Assembly (NCBI GenBank): GCA_958296105.1
Contig: OY282441.1
Location: 1,941,800 to 2,005,799, forward strand
Origin: an uncultured Dehalococcoidia bacterium
GTDB taxonomy: Bacteria; Chloroflexota; Dehalococcoidia; Lucifugimonadales; UBA1123
Reading direction: 5' to 3'
Length of the DNA stretch: 64,000 bases
Shown here: positions 1 to 10,311 of the stretch, piece after piece
How the letters are laid out: each line of letters begins with the position of its first letter
Numbering within the stretch: the first letter of the stretch is position 1
The notes under the pieces: generated by a model
The model's database searches: none
Seen by the model: only the letters and a program-made list of their open reading frames with translations
What the model was told of the DNA's origin: nothing
Made by a program: the position numbers and the translations under genes

Positions 1-43
1 TAACGATTTCTCGGAGCTTGGCCTGCCGTTCTGCGGCAATTGA
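1..43 (+). CDS. 3' end of an upstream LRR-protein paralog (partial, runs off the window)
   Basis: Frame 2 reads NDFSELGLPFCGN-stop. This is near-identical to the C-terminus VDFSRLGLPFCGN-stop of the LRR gene ending at 1668, and the downstream flank is also duplicated. Confidence 0.5.
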   Translation, partial: NDFSELGLPFCGN

Positions 44-223
44 GACCGCCATGCCCGCGCCCGCGTCAGCTGCGGATTCGGAGATATGCCGAGCCTAGCC
101 GTCAGCCTCGGCATGTCGTGGCGTCAGCTGCGGGGGCGTGCCATAGAGTCACGTTCTCTGAGCGCTGAAGCGGTTCGCTCTCGATGGCGTGAGAGGAACA
201 CCGGCGCGCGGCCTCGTAGATTG
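1..223 (+). repeat. Copy A of a duplicated LRR-gene 3' end plus about 180 nt of downstream flank (pairs with 1626..1860)
   Basis: Direct alignment by eye: gaccgccatgcccgcgcccgcgtcagctgcggattcgg... through ...ggcctcgtagattg is shared, apart from a few substitutions and a short indel. It contains the hairpin atgccgag/ctcggcat (86-114). Confidence 0.85.
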
Positions 224-288
224 AGCTGAGCGGCTGGGGATATAATGCTTTGACTTTGGGGCCGTGCTTGGCAGTTTGGGAGCATAGT

Positions 289-1668
289 ATGAAGCTAATG
301 GCAGTCATGGCATCAGCGCTTGCAGTCGCGCTGGTATTTGCCGCGGGCTGTACCGATGGATCGCAGCCGACGCCTGAGCCGCTACCACGATACGCGCCGC
401 CAACGGCGACGCCTGAGTCGTCCCCACTCGATACATCCACGCCGGCACCTACCGCCGCACCTATCGCAACTCTCACGCTCGCGCGCACATCGACGCCGCC
501 ACCTACCGCCGCGCGCACATCGACGCCGCCACCTACCCCCGCGCCCACGCCCGCAGCATCAGGCGGAGCTTCGACCGACAGAGCCGCCTTGACAGCGCTC
601 TACAACGCCGCCAACGGCCGCAGCTGGACGAACAACACAAACTGGCTGAGCGACAGGCCAATCGGTGAATGGTACGGCGTCACCACCGACGGCAGCGGGC
701 GCGTCACGGAACTGGACCTCCTCGTCAATCAGTTGAGCGGCGAGATTCCGCCAGAACTGGGCAGCCTCGCCAGCCTGAGAGAGTTGCGGCTCGGCGACAA
801 TAGGTTGAGCGGCGAGATTCCGCCAGAACTGGGCAACCTTACCAACTTGGAGCAGATGCTCCTCAGCGGCAATGAGTTGAGCGGCGAGATTCCGCCAGAA
901 CTGGACAACCTTACCAACTTGGAGCAGATGCTCCTCCGCGCCAATCAGTTGAGCGGCGAGATTCCGCCAGAACTGGGCAGCCTTACCAACTTGGAGCAGC
1001 TGAGGCTCGGCGGCAATGAGTTGAGCGGCGAGATTCCGCTAGAACTGGACAACCTTACTAACTTGGACGTGTTGGGCCTCTCCCAGAATCAGTTGGGCGG
1101 CGAGATTCCGCCGGAGCTGGGCAATCTTACCAACTTGGAGGGGCTGGATCTCGACTACAATCGGTTGAGCGGCGAGATTCCGCCGGAGCTGGGCAGCCTC
1201 GACAATCTGATAGCGCTGGGGATACACTTCAATCAGTTGAGCGGCGAGATTCCGTCAGAACTGGGCAACCTTACCAACTTGGAGGTGCTGCGGCTCAGCG
1301 ATAATGAGTTGAGCGGCGAGATTCCGTCAGAACTGGGCAACCTTACCAACTTGGAGGTGCTGCGGCTCAGCGATAATGAGTTGAGCGGCGAGATTCCGCC
1401 GCAACTGGGCAGCCTCGACAATCTGAGAGAGTTGCGGCTCGTCCGCAATGAGTTGAGCGGCGAGATTCCGCCAGAACTGGGCAGCCTCACCAATCTGATA
1501 GTGCTGTACCTCGATGGCAATGAGTTGAGCGGCGAGATTCCGCCAGAACTGGGCAATCTTACCAACCTGAGAGGGTTGCACCTCGGCGGCAATCATCTGA
1601 GTGGATGTGTGCCTTCGGGCTTGCGGGTGGATTTCTCGCGGCTTGGCCTGCCATTCTGCGGCAATTGA
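289..1668 (+). CDS. Secreted lipoprotein with about 17 plant-type leucine-rich repeats (24-residue LxxLxLxxNxLSGEIPPELGxLxN units)
   Basis: The ORF runs 250..1668. An ATG at 289 is preceded by GGGAG. The signal peptide has the lipobox VFAAGC and is followed by a Pro/Thr-rich linker. An LRRNT-like cap reads DRAALTALYNAANGRSWTNNTNWLSDRPIGEWYGVTTD, followed by a 72-nt periodic LRR array. Confidence 0.85.
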   Translation: MKLMAVMASALAVALVFAAGCTDGSQPTPEPLPRYAPPTATPESSPLDTSTPAPTAAPIATLTLARTSTPPPTAARTSTPPPTPAPTPAASGGASTDRAALTALYNAANGRSWTNNTNWLSDRPIGEWYGVTTDGSGRVTELDLLVNQLSGEIPPELGSLASLRELRLGDNRLSGEIPPELGNLTNLEQMLLSGNELSGEIPPELDNLTNLEQMLLRANQLSGEIPPELGSLTNLEQLRLGGNELSGEIPLELDNLTNLDVLGLSQNQLGGEIPPELGNLTNLEGLDLDYNRLSGEIPPELGSLDNLIALGIHFNQLSGEIPSELGNLTNLEVLRLSDNELSGEIPSELGNLTNLEVLRLSDNELSGEIPPQLGSLDNLRELRLVRNELSGEIPPELGSLTNLIVLYLDGNELSGEIPPELGNLTNLRGLHLGGNHLSGCVPSGLRVDFSRLGLPFCGN

Positions 1669-1860
1669 GACCGCCATGCCCGCGCCCGCGTCAGCTGCGG
1701 ATTCGGGGATATGCCGAGCCTAGCCGTCAGCCTCGGCATGTCGTGGCGTCAGCTGCGGGGGCGTGCTATCCTATAGAGGTAGAGTCACGTTTTCTGAGCG
1801 CTGAAGCGGTTCGCTCTCGATGGCGTGAGAGGAACACTGGGCGCGCGGCCTCGTAGATTG
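1626..1860 (+). repeat. Copy B of the duplicated LRR-gene 3' end plus downstream flank (pairs with 1..223)
   Basis: Same sequence as 1..223, with an extra segment of about 11 nt near 1765. The hairpin atgccgag/ctcggcat lies at 1711-1739. Confidence 0.85.
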
Positions 1861-2026
1861 GCGGTCGCGCATCTACCGCCACGACACCAAATGTCCACAC
1901 TGCGGATCCAACTGGACACCCAAGTATGGATTCTCACGCGGAAAGCAGACCTACCGCTGTGGAGACTGCCGATACCGCTTCACCCCCGACGGCGTCCGCC
2001 ACCAATACCCCGATGTGGTATCGTAA
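1829..2026 (+). pseudogene. Relic of an IS1/IS1595-type transposase N-terminal Zn-ribbon (no start codon, about 65 codons)
   Basis: The frame reads ...YRHDTKCPHCGSNWTPKYGFSRGKQTYRCGDCRYRFTPDGVRHQYPDVVS-stop. The CPxCG...YRCxxC pattern is typical of IS-encoded Zn-ribbon proteins. There is no in-frame ATG/GTG/TTG after the upstream TGA at 1826. Confidence 0.35.
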
Positions 2027-2082
2027 ACCATCCAAGACGCAATCTTTCACAAAGGAGGAGCGACATGAACTCGGTGCCCAGA

Positions 2083-2142
2083 AACTCAGTACCCAACTCA
2101 GTACCCAACTCAGTATCCAACTCAGTATCCAACTCAGTATCC
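2083..2142. repeat. 12-nt tandem repeat x5 (aactcagtaYcc) immediately upstream of the DUF4160 gene RBS
   Basis: Read directly: two aactcagtaccc units then three aactcagtatcc units, followed by agagaggtggcat-ATG (2156). Confidence 0.9.
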
Positions 2143-2155
2143 AGAGAGGTGGCAT

Positions 2156-2395
2156 ATGCCCACAGTTGTCCGCGTTGATGGAATGAGTTTTGTCATCCAC
2201 CCCAACGACCATCCCCCGCCTCATACCCATGTGAAATTGGATGGCGGGCGGGAATACCGGATTAATTTATTGTCAAGGGACTTCATGGATGCCCAGCCGA
2301 AGGGGAAGAAGAGGAGGAAGATTATGAAGGTATATGATGAGAATCTTGAGAAGATATGGAGTGCATGGGAGAAATACCACTCCGATGACCCATGA
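2156..2395 (+). CDS. DUF4160 domain protein
   Basis: 79 aa. MPTVVRVDGMSFVIHPNDHPPPHTHV matches the characteristic DUF4160 N-terminus (..F.I.....DH.PPH.H). The RBS agagagg lies upstream. Confidence 0.8.
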   Translation: MPTVVRVDGMSFVIHPNDHPPPHTHVKLDGGREYRINLLSRDFMDAQPKGKKRRKIMKVYDENLEKIWSAWEKYHSDDP

Positions 2396-2431
2396 TGACC
2401 CATAGATAATAGGCATAGGTGAAACCGGAAC

Positions 2432-2941
2432 ATGGCGCAAGCTGCCAAAGTCCAGAACGCGGACCAGATGATGATAGCCATCGAGACGTCACCCGAAGGG
2501 CTGAACGTCTCTTTCGCGGACGGCCTCGTATCGTCCGTGCCTTGGGAACGCATCCGAGAGGTGCGCGAGCAGTCGGACGTGGCCTCGATCGAGCTCCACA
2601 GCCCCTACGAGGCGATTATCCGAACCACGGAAGGCGAGGCAGCTGAAATCCCGTGGGATTTCGCCAGATATTTCGAGGATTCCGAGTATAGAGACCGCGT
2701 TGACGAGATCGCTGTGGAAGGTCAGCGCAAGTTCGCGCATCGTCTGCGCGGTCTCAGACACAAGTCCAATCTGTCCCAGCAGAAGCTGGCTGATCTGAGC
2801 GGCGTGGGCAGAGTCACCATCGCAAGGATCGAGTCCGCATCCCAGTCTCCGAGGCTGGATACCATCCAGAGACTGGCTGCCGCAATGGGACACCCGATTC
2901 AGGCCCTGATGATGGACGATCAGGCGGAGAGCCATGCGTAA
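2432..2941 (+). CDS. DUF2442-like N-terminal domain fused to an XRE-family helix-turn-helix
   Basis: 169 aa. The N-terminal part is IAIETSPEGLNVSFADGLVSSVPWERI. The C-terminal part LRGLRHKSNLSQQKLADLSGVGRVTIARIESASQSPRLDTIQRLAAAMG is a classic HTH_XRE. It pairs with the upstream DUF4160 gene. Confidence 0.8.
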   Translation: MAQAAKVQNADQMMIAIETSPEGLNVSFADGLVSSVPWERIREVREQSDVASIELHSPYEAIIRTTEGEAAEIPWDFARYFEDSEYRDRVDEIAVEGQRKFAHRLRGLRHKSNLSQQKLADLSGVGRVTIARIESASQSPRLDTIQRLAAAMGHPIQALMMDDQAESHA

Positions 2942-2998
2942 AGCGCAGGCTTCCCCGTCGGCGGCAAGCGGTGAGTTTGGGCCGTGATGCCGTATCAG

Positions 2999-3052
2999 CT
3001 AGGGAAATCCCCCCCTTCCTCGAATGGAGAGGGCTAGGGTGACGTCCCACCC
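2999..3052. repeat. REP-like hairpin element (same family as 20846..21063)
   Basis: cccccttcctcgaatggagagggctagggtgacgtcccaccc resembles cccctctccctttgagggagagggttagggtgagggtaactgc. Confidence 0.5.
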
Positions 3053-3169
3053 GCAAGATTGAAACAGTCCCCCTGCCTGAAGACACCGTCGCGCCGGTTG
3101 ATAATCGAGCGGCTTGGGTGCGACAATTGGGAACACGACCCCAGTATCTCGCAGCATGAGGAGAGCCAC

Positions 3170-3535
3170 GTGCCGAACCCAATCGCATACTTCGAGCTTG
3201 GCGGCAGGGACGCCGCCGGGCTGAGAGACCTCTACGCCAACCTGTTCGACTGGAGCATAGCGCCCTTCGGGAAGTCAGCGGCCGGAACCGACTACTTTCA
3301 CATAGAGCCGAGCGAAGGCGGAATCGCAGGCGGCATCATCCAGACCACGGACAACATGCCGCCCAGCTACGTCATGGCATACGTCAGCGTGGACGACATA
3401 CAGGCGAGCCTCGACAGGGCTGAGAGCCTGGGGTGCGAAACGGTCGTCCCCGCGATGCCGATTCCGAACGGCATGGGACAGATAGCCGTGTTCCGAGATC
3501 CGGCGGGAAACCATATCGGGCTGCACACGTCTTAG
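3170..3535 (+). CDS. VOC/glyoxalase-bleomycin resistance family protein
   Basis: A GTG at 3170 is preceded by gaggag. PNPIAYFELGGRDAAGLRDLYANLFDW...IAVFRDPAGNHIGL is a typical VOC fold pattern. Confidence 0.8.
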   Translation: MPNPIAYFELGGRDAAGLRDLYANLFDWSIAPFGKSAAGTDYFHIEPSEGGIAGGIIQTTDNMPPSYVMAYVSVDDIQASLDRAESLGCETVVPAMPIPNGMGQIAVFRDPAGNHIGLHTS

Positions 3536-3545
3536 GGGGTTGGGC

Positions 3546-4985
3546 ATGTCGAGCATAGACGAAAATCTGGCATTCGCGCCCGCGACCGAGCTGCGGGACA
3601 TGATCGCCCAGAGACGGATAAGCTCGGTGGAGCTTACGGAGCTGTACCTGTCGCGCATCGACAGGCTGGACGCGCAGCTGAACGCCTACCTGACGCTGAC
3701 GCCCGAGATCGCGCTCTCGCAGGCGCGGCGCGCGGACGAGGCAAGCGCAAGGGGCGAAAGCCTGGGCGCGCTTCACGGCCTGCCGGTCTCCATCAAAGAC
3801 CTTCAGATGACGGCGGGCGTTCGCACCACTGGCGGATCGCTCGCGTTCAGGGATCGCGTTCCCGAAGCGAACGCCACCTGCGTTCAGCGCGTTCTGGACG
3901 CGGGCGCCGTGATGCTCGGCAAGACGAACACCCCGGAGTTCGGCCTGCTCGGCGCGAACGAGAACCGTCTTGGCGAGCCGTGCCGCAACCCGTGGAATCC
4001 ACAGCGAACGTCCGGCGGCTCCAGCGGCGGCGCCGGCGCGGCGACTGTCGCCGGACTGTGCGCGCTCGCCACTGGCGGCGACGGCGGCGGCTCCATCCGC
4101 ATCCCCGCCAGCTTCAACGGCATCTACGGAATCAAGCCCACGCAGGGCCGCATCTCCAGCTACACCGGAGCCGCCGCGCCGCTCGCGGCTAACATCACCA
4201 GCCAGCAGGGGCCCATGTCGCGCACGGTGCGCGATGCCGCCGCGCTGCTCGATGTCATGTCCGGATACGACCCCAAAGACGTGGGATCGCTCCGCGAGCC
4301 GACGCCGGACTTCTCGGCGGCCGTCGATCGCGGTGTGGAAGGGCTGAGGATCGGCTGGACGCCGGACTTCGGCTACGCGCCGGCAGACGGCGAGGTGACC
4401 GCGAGCGCAGAGGCAGCGGCGCTGTCGTTCCAAGAGCTTGGATGCTCTGTGGACGAGTCCGACCTCGCGCTCGAATCGCCGTTCGACACGTGGATCGTGT
4501 TCTTCGCCGCCAACTCATACGCCGCCAACGGCCACCTGCTCGAAGACCCGGACGACCCGCTGAGCTGGTATGCGCGCTGGACGATAGAGAAGGGCGCAGC
4601 CATGACTGCGGTGGACTACCTGCGCGCGCTGGGCGAGCGCGACCGCATGATCCAGCAGTTCATGGATCAGCTCGACAAGTTCGACCTGCTGATGTCTCCC
4701 ACCATGGCCACGACCGCATTTCCGGCGGACGGATACGGCTACCCGCAGACTGTGGGCGGCGAGCAGCCCTACCCGAACCCCGCGTGGGGATTCCTGCCCT
4801 ACACCCATCCGATCAACACCATCGGATTCACAGCCGCCAGCGTTCCATGCGGCTTCGACTCGGACGGAATGCCAATCGGCTTGCACGTCATAGGCAGACC
4901 CGGGGACGAGGAGACGGTGCTGGCGGCGTCAGCGGCGTTCGAGCGTGCCAGGCCGTGGGCGCATCACAGACCGCAGGTTTCGTGA
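3546..4985 (+). CDS. Amidase (amidase-signature family)
   Basis: The AS signature GGSSGGAGAATVAGLCALATGGDGGGSIRIPASFNGIYGIKPT is present. An ATG at 3546 lies 6 nt after aggggg. Confidence 0.9.
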   Translation: MSSIDENLAFAPATELRDMIAQRRISSVELTELYLSRIDRLDAQLNAYLTLTPEIALSQARRADEASARGESLGALHGLPVSIKDLQMTAGVRTTGGSLAFRDRVPEANATCVQRVLDAGAVMLGKTNTPEFGLLGANENRLGEPCRNPWNPQRTSGGSSGGAGAATVAGLCALATGGDGGGSIRIPASFNGIYGIKPTQGRISSYTGAAAPLAANITSQQGPMSRTVRDAAALLDVMSGYDPKDVGSLREPTPDFSAAVDRGVEGLRIGWTPDFGYAPADGEVTASAEAAALSFQELGCSVDESDLALESPFDTWIVFFAANSYAANGHLLEDPDDPLSWYARWTIEKGAAMTAVDYLRALGERDRMIQQFMDQLDKFDLLMSPTMATTAFPADGYGYPQTVGGEQPYPNPAWGFLPYTHPINTIGFTAASVPCGFDSDGMPIGLHVIGRPGDEETVLAASAAFERARPWAHHRPQVS

Positions 4986-5106
4986 GCGCCAATCGCGCCG
5001 CCAAATCCATCCTCGCCAGAGGCGCGCTTATCCTGACCCCGACTGACGACAGGGAGAGGGAGCTGCGGGCGGGACGCCCCCGCTCCCACTGCCGCTGTCC
5101 GCGCCG

Positions 5107-5472
5107 CTAGTCGTCGTACTGCGTGGTCACGCTCCCCGTCCCCGTCAGGGAGATGTGGGAGAAGTCTTGGCCGTCCGCCGCGCCGTGCCAGTGCTTTTCG
5201 CCCGCGGGGATGAACGCCGTGTCTCCCTCGCATATCTCGATCTCTTCGTCCTCTGACGCCACGATGCCCGCGCCGCCGGTTACGAACAGTATCTGATCGG
5301 TGGTGTGGGAGTGGAACTTGTTCTTCGCGCCGTCGTAGAAGTTGACCTGCGCGAAGTTGAAGAACCCGCTCTGCGCGCCCACTATCGGCTGTCTGCTCAC
5401 CGGCCCCCCGTAGAACAGGGGCGCGCTGGTGGCGTCCTCTTCGGGAACGGAACCGCTCTTGATTACTTCCAT
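5107..5472 (-). CDS. Cupin domain protein
   Basis: 121 aa. The motifs HSHTTDQILFVTGGAG...GDTAFIPAGEKHWHG are cupin motifs 1 and 2. Confidence 0.8.
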   Translation of the reverse strand: MEVIKSGSVPEEDATSAPLFYGGPVSRQPIVGAQSGFFNFAQVNFYDGAKNKFHSHTTDQILFVTGGAGIVASEDEEIEICEGDTAFIPAGEKHWHGAADGQDFSHISLTGTGSVTTQYDD

Positions 5473-5570
5473 CGAGTCTCCCTCCGTATCTGCTTGGCTT
5501 GCGAAGACGAGTGTACCGGCGCGCCTGTCGCATTACAAGCTCGCACCGTCTGGCCGCGCTTGCTATGCGC

Positions 5571-5945
5571 TCAGGTCGATTTGCCGCTTCTGCCGCGCAG
5601 ATTCGCCGCGCCGCGCAGATAGACGAACTCCATATCCTGCGCCCTCTTGTCCGTGTTGATCAGCAGCATGACGCGAATGCAGCGCTCTTGTCCTCCGGGT
5701 ACTTCCATCTCGTGCGCGCACATCATGGCTACGTTCGTCCAGCCCATGTGAGCGCGAGCGACCACGGCCGGGAACTCCGCGTCCAGGTCTCTGGTGGTGC
5801 TGAACGTCAGCGAGGCGATGTCGTCGGGGTCTACGTCGTTCACCCTGACCAGCTCCTCCAGAAGCTCGCGAGTCGCTTCCAGTATGTCTTCTCTCGTGTT
5901 GCCGTGCGCTGTGGTCGCGCCGCGAAGCCCTCTGACTTTCGACAT
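5571..5945 (-). CDS. aroH: Chorismate mutase, AroH class
   Basis: MSKVRGLRGATTAHGNTREDILEATRELLEELVRVNDVDPDDIASLTFSTTRDL...RVMLLINTD is the monofunctional AroH-type pattern. The ATG overlaps the trpA stop (TAATG at 5943-5947). Confidence 0.8.
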   Translation of the reverse strand: MSKVRGLRGATTAHGNTREDILEATRELLEELVRVNDVDPDDIASLTFSTTRDLDAEFPAVVARAHMGWTNVAMMCAHEMEVPGGQERCIRVMLLINTDKRAQDMEFVYLRGAANLRGRSGKST

Positions 5946-6754
5946 TACAGGCTGCCCTCGCCGTCTGTTCCCTTGATCGAGTGGATGAAGTCTCGCGCGG
6001 CGTCCAGCCTGCCGCCAGCCGGCGCCCTGTCCACCGCGTCGAGCAGCGCGCTTGCCACCACCGCGCCGTCCGCGAATGCGCCGATCTCGTCCACATGCTC
6101 GCGCCGCGACACCCCGAATCCGACCAGTATGGGAAGATCGGTGCGCCGACGGATGCGCTCTACCAGCGCAGAGGTCGAGCTGGACAGCGATCTGCGCGCG
6201 CCGGTCACTCCCGTAAGGCTTACGCAGTATATGAACCCGCCAGCGGCTTTGCAAGCGTCCTCGATCCGCGAGTCCGTGCTGGTCGGCGCGAGCAGCGGGA
6301 TCAGGTGAATGCCGCGCTCGGCTGCCATGCGCCCAAGCTGCGCGCCCTCCTCAGTGGGTACGTCGGGAACGATCATCCCGTCCAGTCCGGCGGCGCTGGC
6401 ATCGTCCAGGAACCCTTCGATTCCGTAGCGCATGTATGGGTTGTAGTAGCCCATGAAGATCAGGGGAGACTCCACCCCGCCATCGCGCAGCCTCCTGACC
6501 ACTCGCAGACATTCGGATACGGTCACGCCGTTCTGAAGCGCGCGGTAGCTCGTCATCTGTATGGTAGGACCGTCCGCCAGCGGATCGCTGAACGGCACGC
6601 CAAGCTCCAGCATGTCGCCGCCCGATTCCAGAACGGTTCGCGCCAGCTCCTCGGACGTCTCCACGTCCGGAAATCCCACCGTCACGAACGGGACGAGCGC
6701 CGGCCGGCCGGACTCGCGTATGCGGCGGAGAGTCGCGTCTATTCGATTCGTCAT
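5945..6754 (-). CDS. trpA: Tryptophan synthase alpha chain
   Basis: 269 aa. LVPFVTVGFPD...LELGVPFSDPLADGPTIQ...GFIYCVSLTGVTGAR are canonical TrpA motifs. Confidence 0.93.
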   Translation of the reverse strand: MTNRIDATLRRIRESGRPALVPFVTVGFPDVETSEELARTVLESGGDMLELGVPFSDPLADGPTIQMTSYRALQNGVTVSECLRVVRRLRDGGVESPLIFMGYYNPYMRYGIEGFLDDASAAGLDGMIVPDVPTEEGAQLGRMAAERGIHLIPLLAPTSTDSRIEDACKAAGGFIYCVSLTGVTGARRSLSSSTSALVERIRRRTDLPILVGFGVSRREHVDEIGAFADGAVVASALLDAVDRAPAGGRLDAARDFIHSIKGTDGEGSL

Positions 6755-6779
6755 GTCAGCGCACCTCTTGACGCAGGCG

Positions 6780-7550
6780 TTATCTGCCGAGCGAGACTGC
6801 CAGCAGCGCCAGCAGATTTTGCCCGGCGTGGGCTAATATAGGTATCCACAAGGATTTCGTCTTGCTGTAAGCCCATGCGAACAGCGCTCCGCTGACGAAT
6901 ATCGGGATCATCGTGGCGATGGACACGTGCGCGAGCGCAAAGACCGCCGAGCTTGCGATGACGCCGGCGGGCAGACCGTACCTAGACTCCAGCCCGCCGA
7001 ACAGGAAGCCCCTGAAGAACGCCTCCTCCGCCAGCGGAGTCCATACCACGATGGCAAAGGCGGAGGCGACTAGCAGCCATCCTTCGCCGAACATCTGTCG
7101 CGGCGGGTCTTGCGGGACGAGCGTATCGAAGCCAAGAGCGGACGCGATGGCGGCGTAGACAGCGGTGAATCCCACACTGCCAGCCAGAGCGCCGAGCGCG
7201 AGCCACCAAGCGCGCCCCGCCGCTACGGGCGGGAGCCTGAATCCGAGCGCGTCCCAAGACAGTCCGTACTTGCGCGCTCCCATCCGCCACACGACCCAGA
7301 TCATCGCGCCGCCGCTGACCAGCGCGGCGGCGGAAACCGCCGCGGGCGATATGCCGCCTCGACCTGTCGCTATCTGCGTGACAGCTACGATCGCCGCGCC
7401 GACCACGATCGCCAGAGCCGCCGCAAGAGAGCCTGCGATCATGTCCCACGCAGTCCAGGGGGCTTTCTGGCGGAGAGGATCTCCCCCCTGCCGAGACAGG
7501 CTGCCTGCCGAGATCGAGCCGTCTCCCGAAGGCGTATCGAGTGGCGGCAT
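6780..7550 (-). CDS. CPBP (CAAX/Abi) family intramembrane glutamic endopeptidase
   Basis: Multi-TM protein carrying the EEAFFRGFLF and FALAHV motifs. The ATG overlaps the stop of the upstream MBL gene (TAATG at 7548-7552). Confidence 0.85.
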   Translation of the reverse strand: MPPLDTPSGDGSISAGSLSRQGGDPLRQKAPWTAWDMIAGSLAAALAIVVGAAIVAVTQIATGRGGISPAAVSAAALVSGGAMIWVVWRMGARKYGLSWDALGFRLPPVAAGRAWWLALGALAGSVGFTAVYAAIASALGFDTLVPQDPPRQMFGEGWLLVASAFAIVVWTPLAEEAFFRGFLFGGLESRYGLPAGVIASSAVFALAHVSIATMIPIFVSGALFAWAYSKTKSLWIPILAHAGQNLLALLAVSLGR

Positions 7551-8191
7551 TAGCTGTTCAGCCAGTCCACGTCGCCCTGAAGGTCGGAGGGATGGTCTTT
7601 GGACGCGAACACCTCGTACTTGCCCATCTCCGTCTTCAGATTGCCGTCGTCGCCGTGCCCGGGGTAGAAGTCGTCTATCTGGTCGAGTGTGAACAGCCTC
7701 TCGGAGATGCTGCCGATCAGCTGCTGGAGCTTCTCGGGGCTGCCCGACCTTCCGGGCCCGTTGGGAAACAGCGTGTCTCCCGTGAACAGGTGCTGACGGA
7801 ACGAGAAGCAGGTTGAGCCGGGCGTATGCCCCGGCGTGAAGATCGCGGTGAGCGTGACCGAACCCGCGCTTATCTCGTCTCCGTCGTGTACGAGTATGGA
7901 AGGCGGAGTGGGTAGCCCGTCCGCATCCTCCGCGCCGATGCCGACCGGAGCGCCGATGGCGTCGCTGACCTCCTTCAGCCCTTCGATGTGGTCCCAGTGG
8001 TTATGTGTAATGAGAATCGCCTGAACGTCCGTCCCGCGCGCCGCCTCTATCAGCGCGCCGGGGTCGGGGGGCGTGTCTATGACGATGCTGCGGTTCGTCT
8101 GCGGGCAGACCACCAGATAGGCGTTGTTCCCATACGGTCCGCACTGAATCTTGTGTATGACGATCGAGTCGTCCTGAAAGTGGGCCGCCAT
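7550..8191 (-). CDS. MBL-fold metallo-hydrolase (glyoxalase II-like)
   Basis: The ILITHNHWDHIEG metal-binding motif is present. An ATG at 8191 (MAAHFQDD...) is preceded by aggagga. The longer ORF reaching 8401 is probably a 5' over-extension. Confidence 0.85.
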   Translation of the reverse strand: MAAHFQDDSIVIHKIQCGPYGNNAYLVVCPQTNRSIVIDTPPDPGALIEAARGTDVQAILITHNHWDHIEGLKEVSDAIGAPVGIGAEDADGLPTPPSILVHDGDEISAGSVTLTAIFTPGHTPGSTCFSFRQHLFTGDTLFPNGPGRSGSPEKLQQLIGSISERLFTLDQIDDFYPGHGDDGNLKTEMGKYEVFASKDHPSDLQGDVDWLNS

Positions 8192-8448
8192 CCGTTCCTC
8201 CTGCTCATGTCCTGAAGGCGTGGCTTCGGGTTCGAGTGTGATTATGTGATTATAGGGGAATTTGTATCGGGAGTGTGCATAACTGCGCCGAGCCGCTGCG
8301 CGCCCCTCGCATTGTACACAGTATGCCAGCGCCGCGCAGTCAGCGAGAATCTGTATCGACTCTGCCGACGCGCCAGCAGAATGTCGCGGATGCCGCTTCA
8401 CGGGTTTCGTCTTCTGTACAGATGCGGGGCTTGTTCACTATGCTTTAG

Positions 8449-10235
<1,787 letters not shown>

Positions 10236-10236
<1 letters not shown>

Positions 10237-10258
10237 GGGCGGCTCTCAGAACCGCCCC
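10236..10258. terminator. GC-rich hairpin between convergent sat/cysC and E2 genes (possible bidirectional terminator)
   Basis: ggggcgg-ctctcagaa-ccgcccc. There is no clear U-tract on either strand. Confidence 0.3.
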
Positions 10259-10311
10259 TGTCAAGCACGACCCGCGCCGGAACGCCAGCCTGCCGGATCG
10301 CCCACACTCGA

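Noticed and set aside
5946-6254. N-terminal extension of the aroH ORF (227 aa version)
   Set aside because: It overlaps the 3' part of trpA in another frame and is Arg-rich. AroH homology starts at the Met encoded at 5945.
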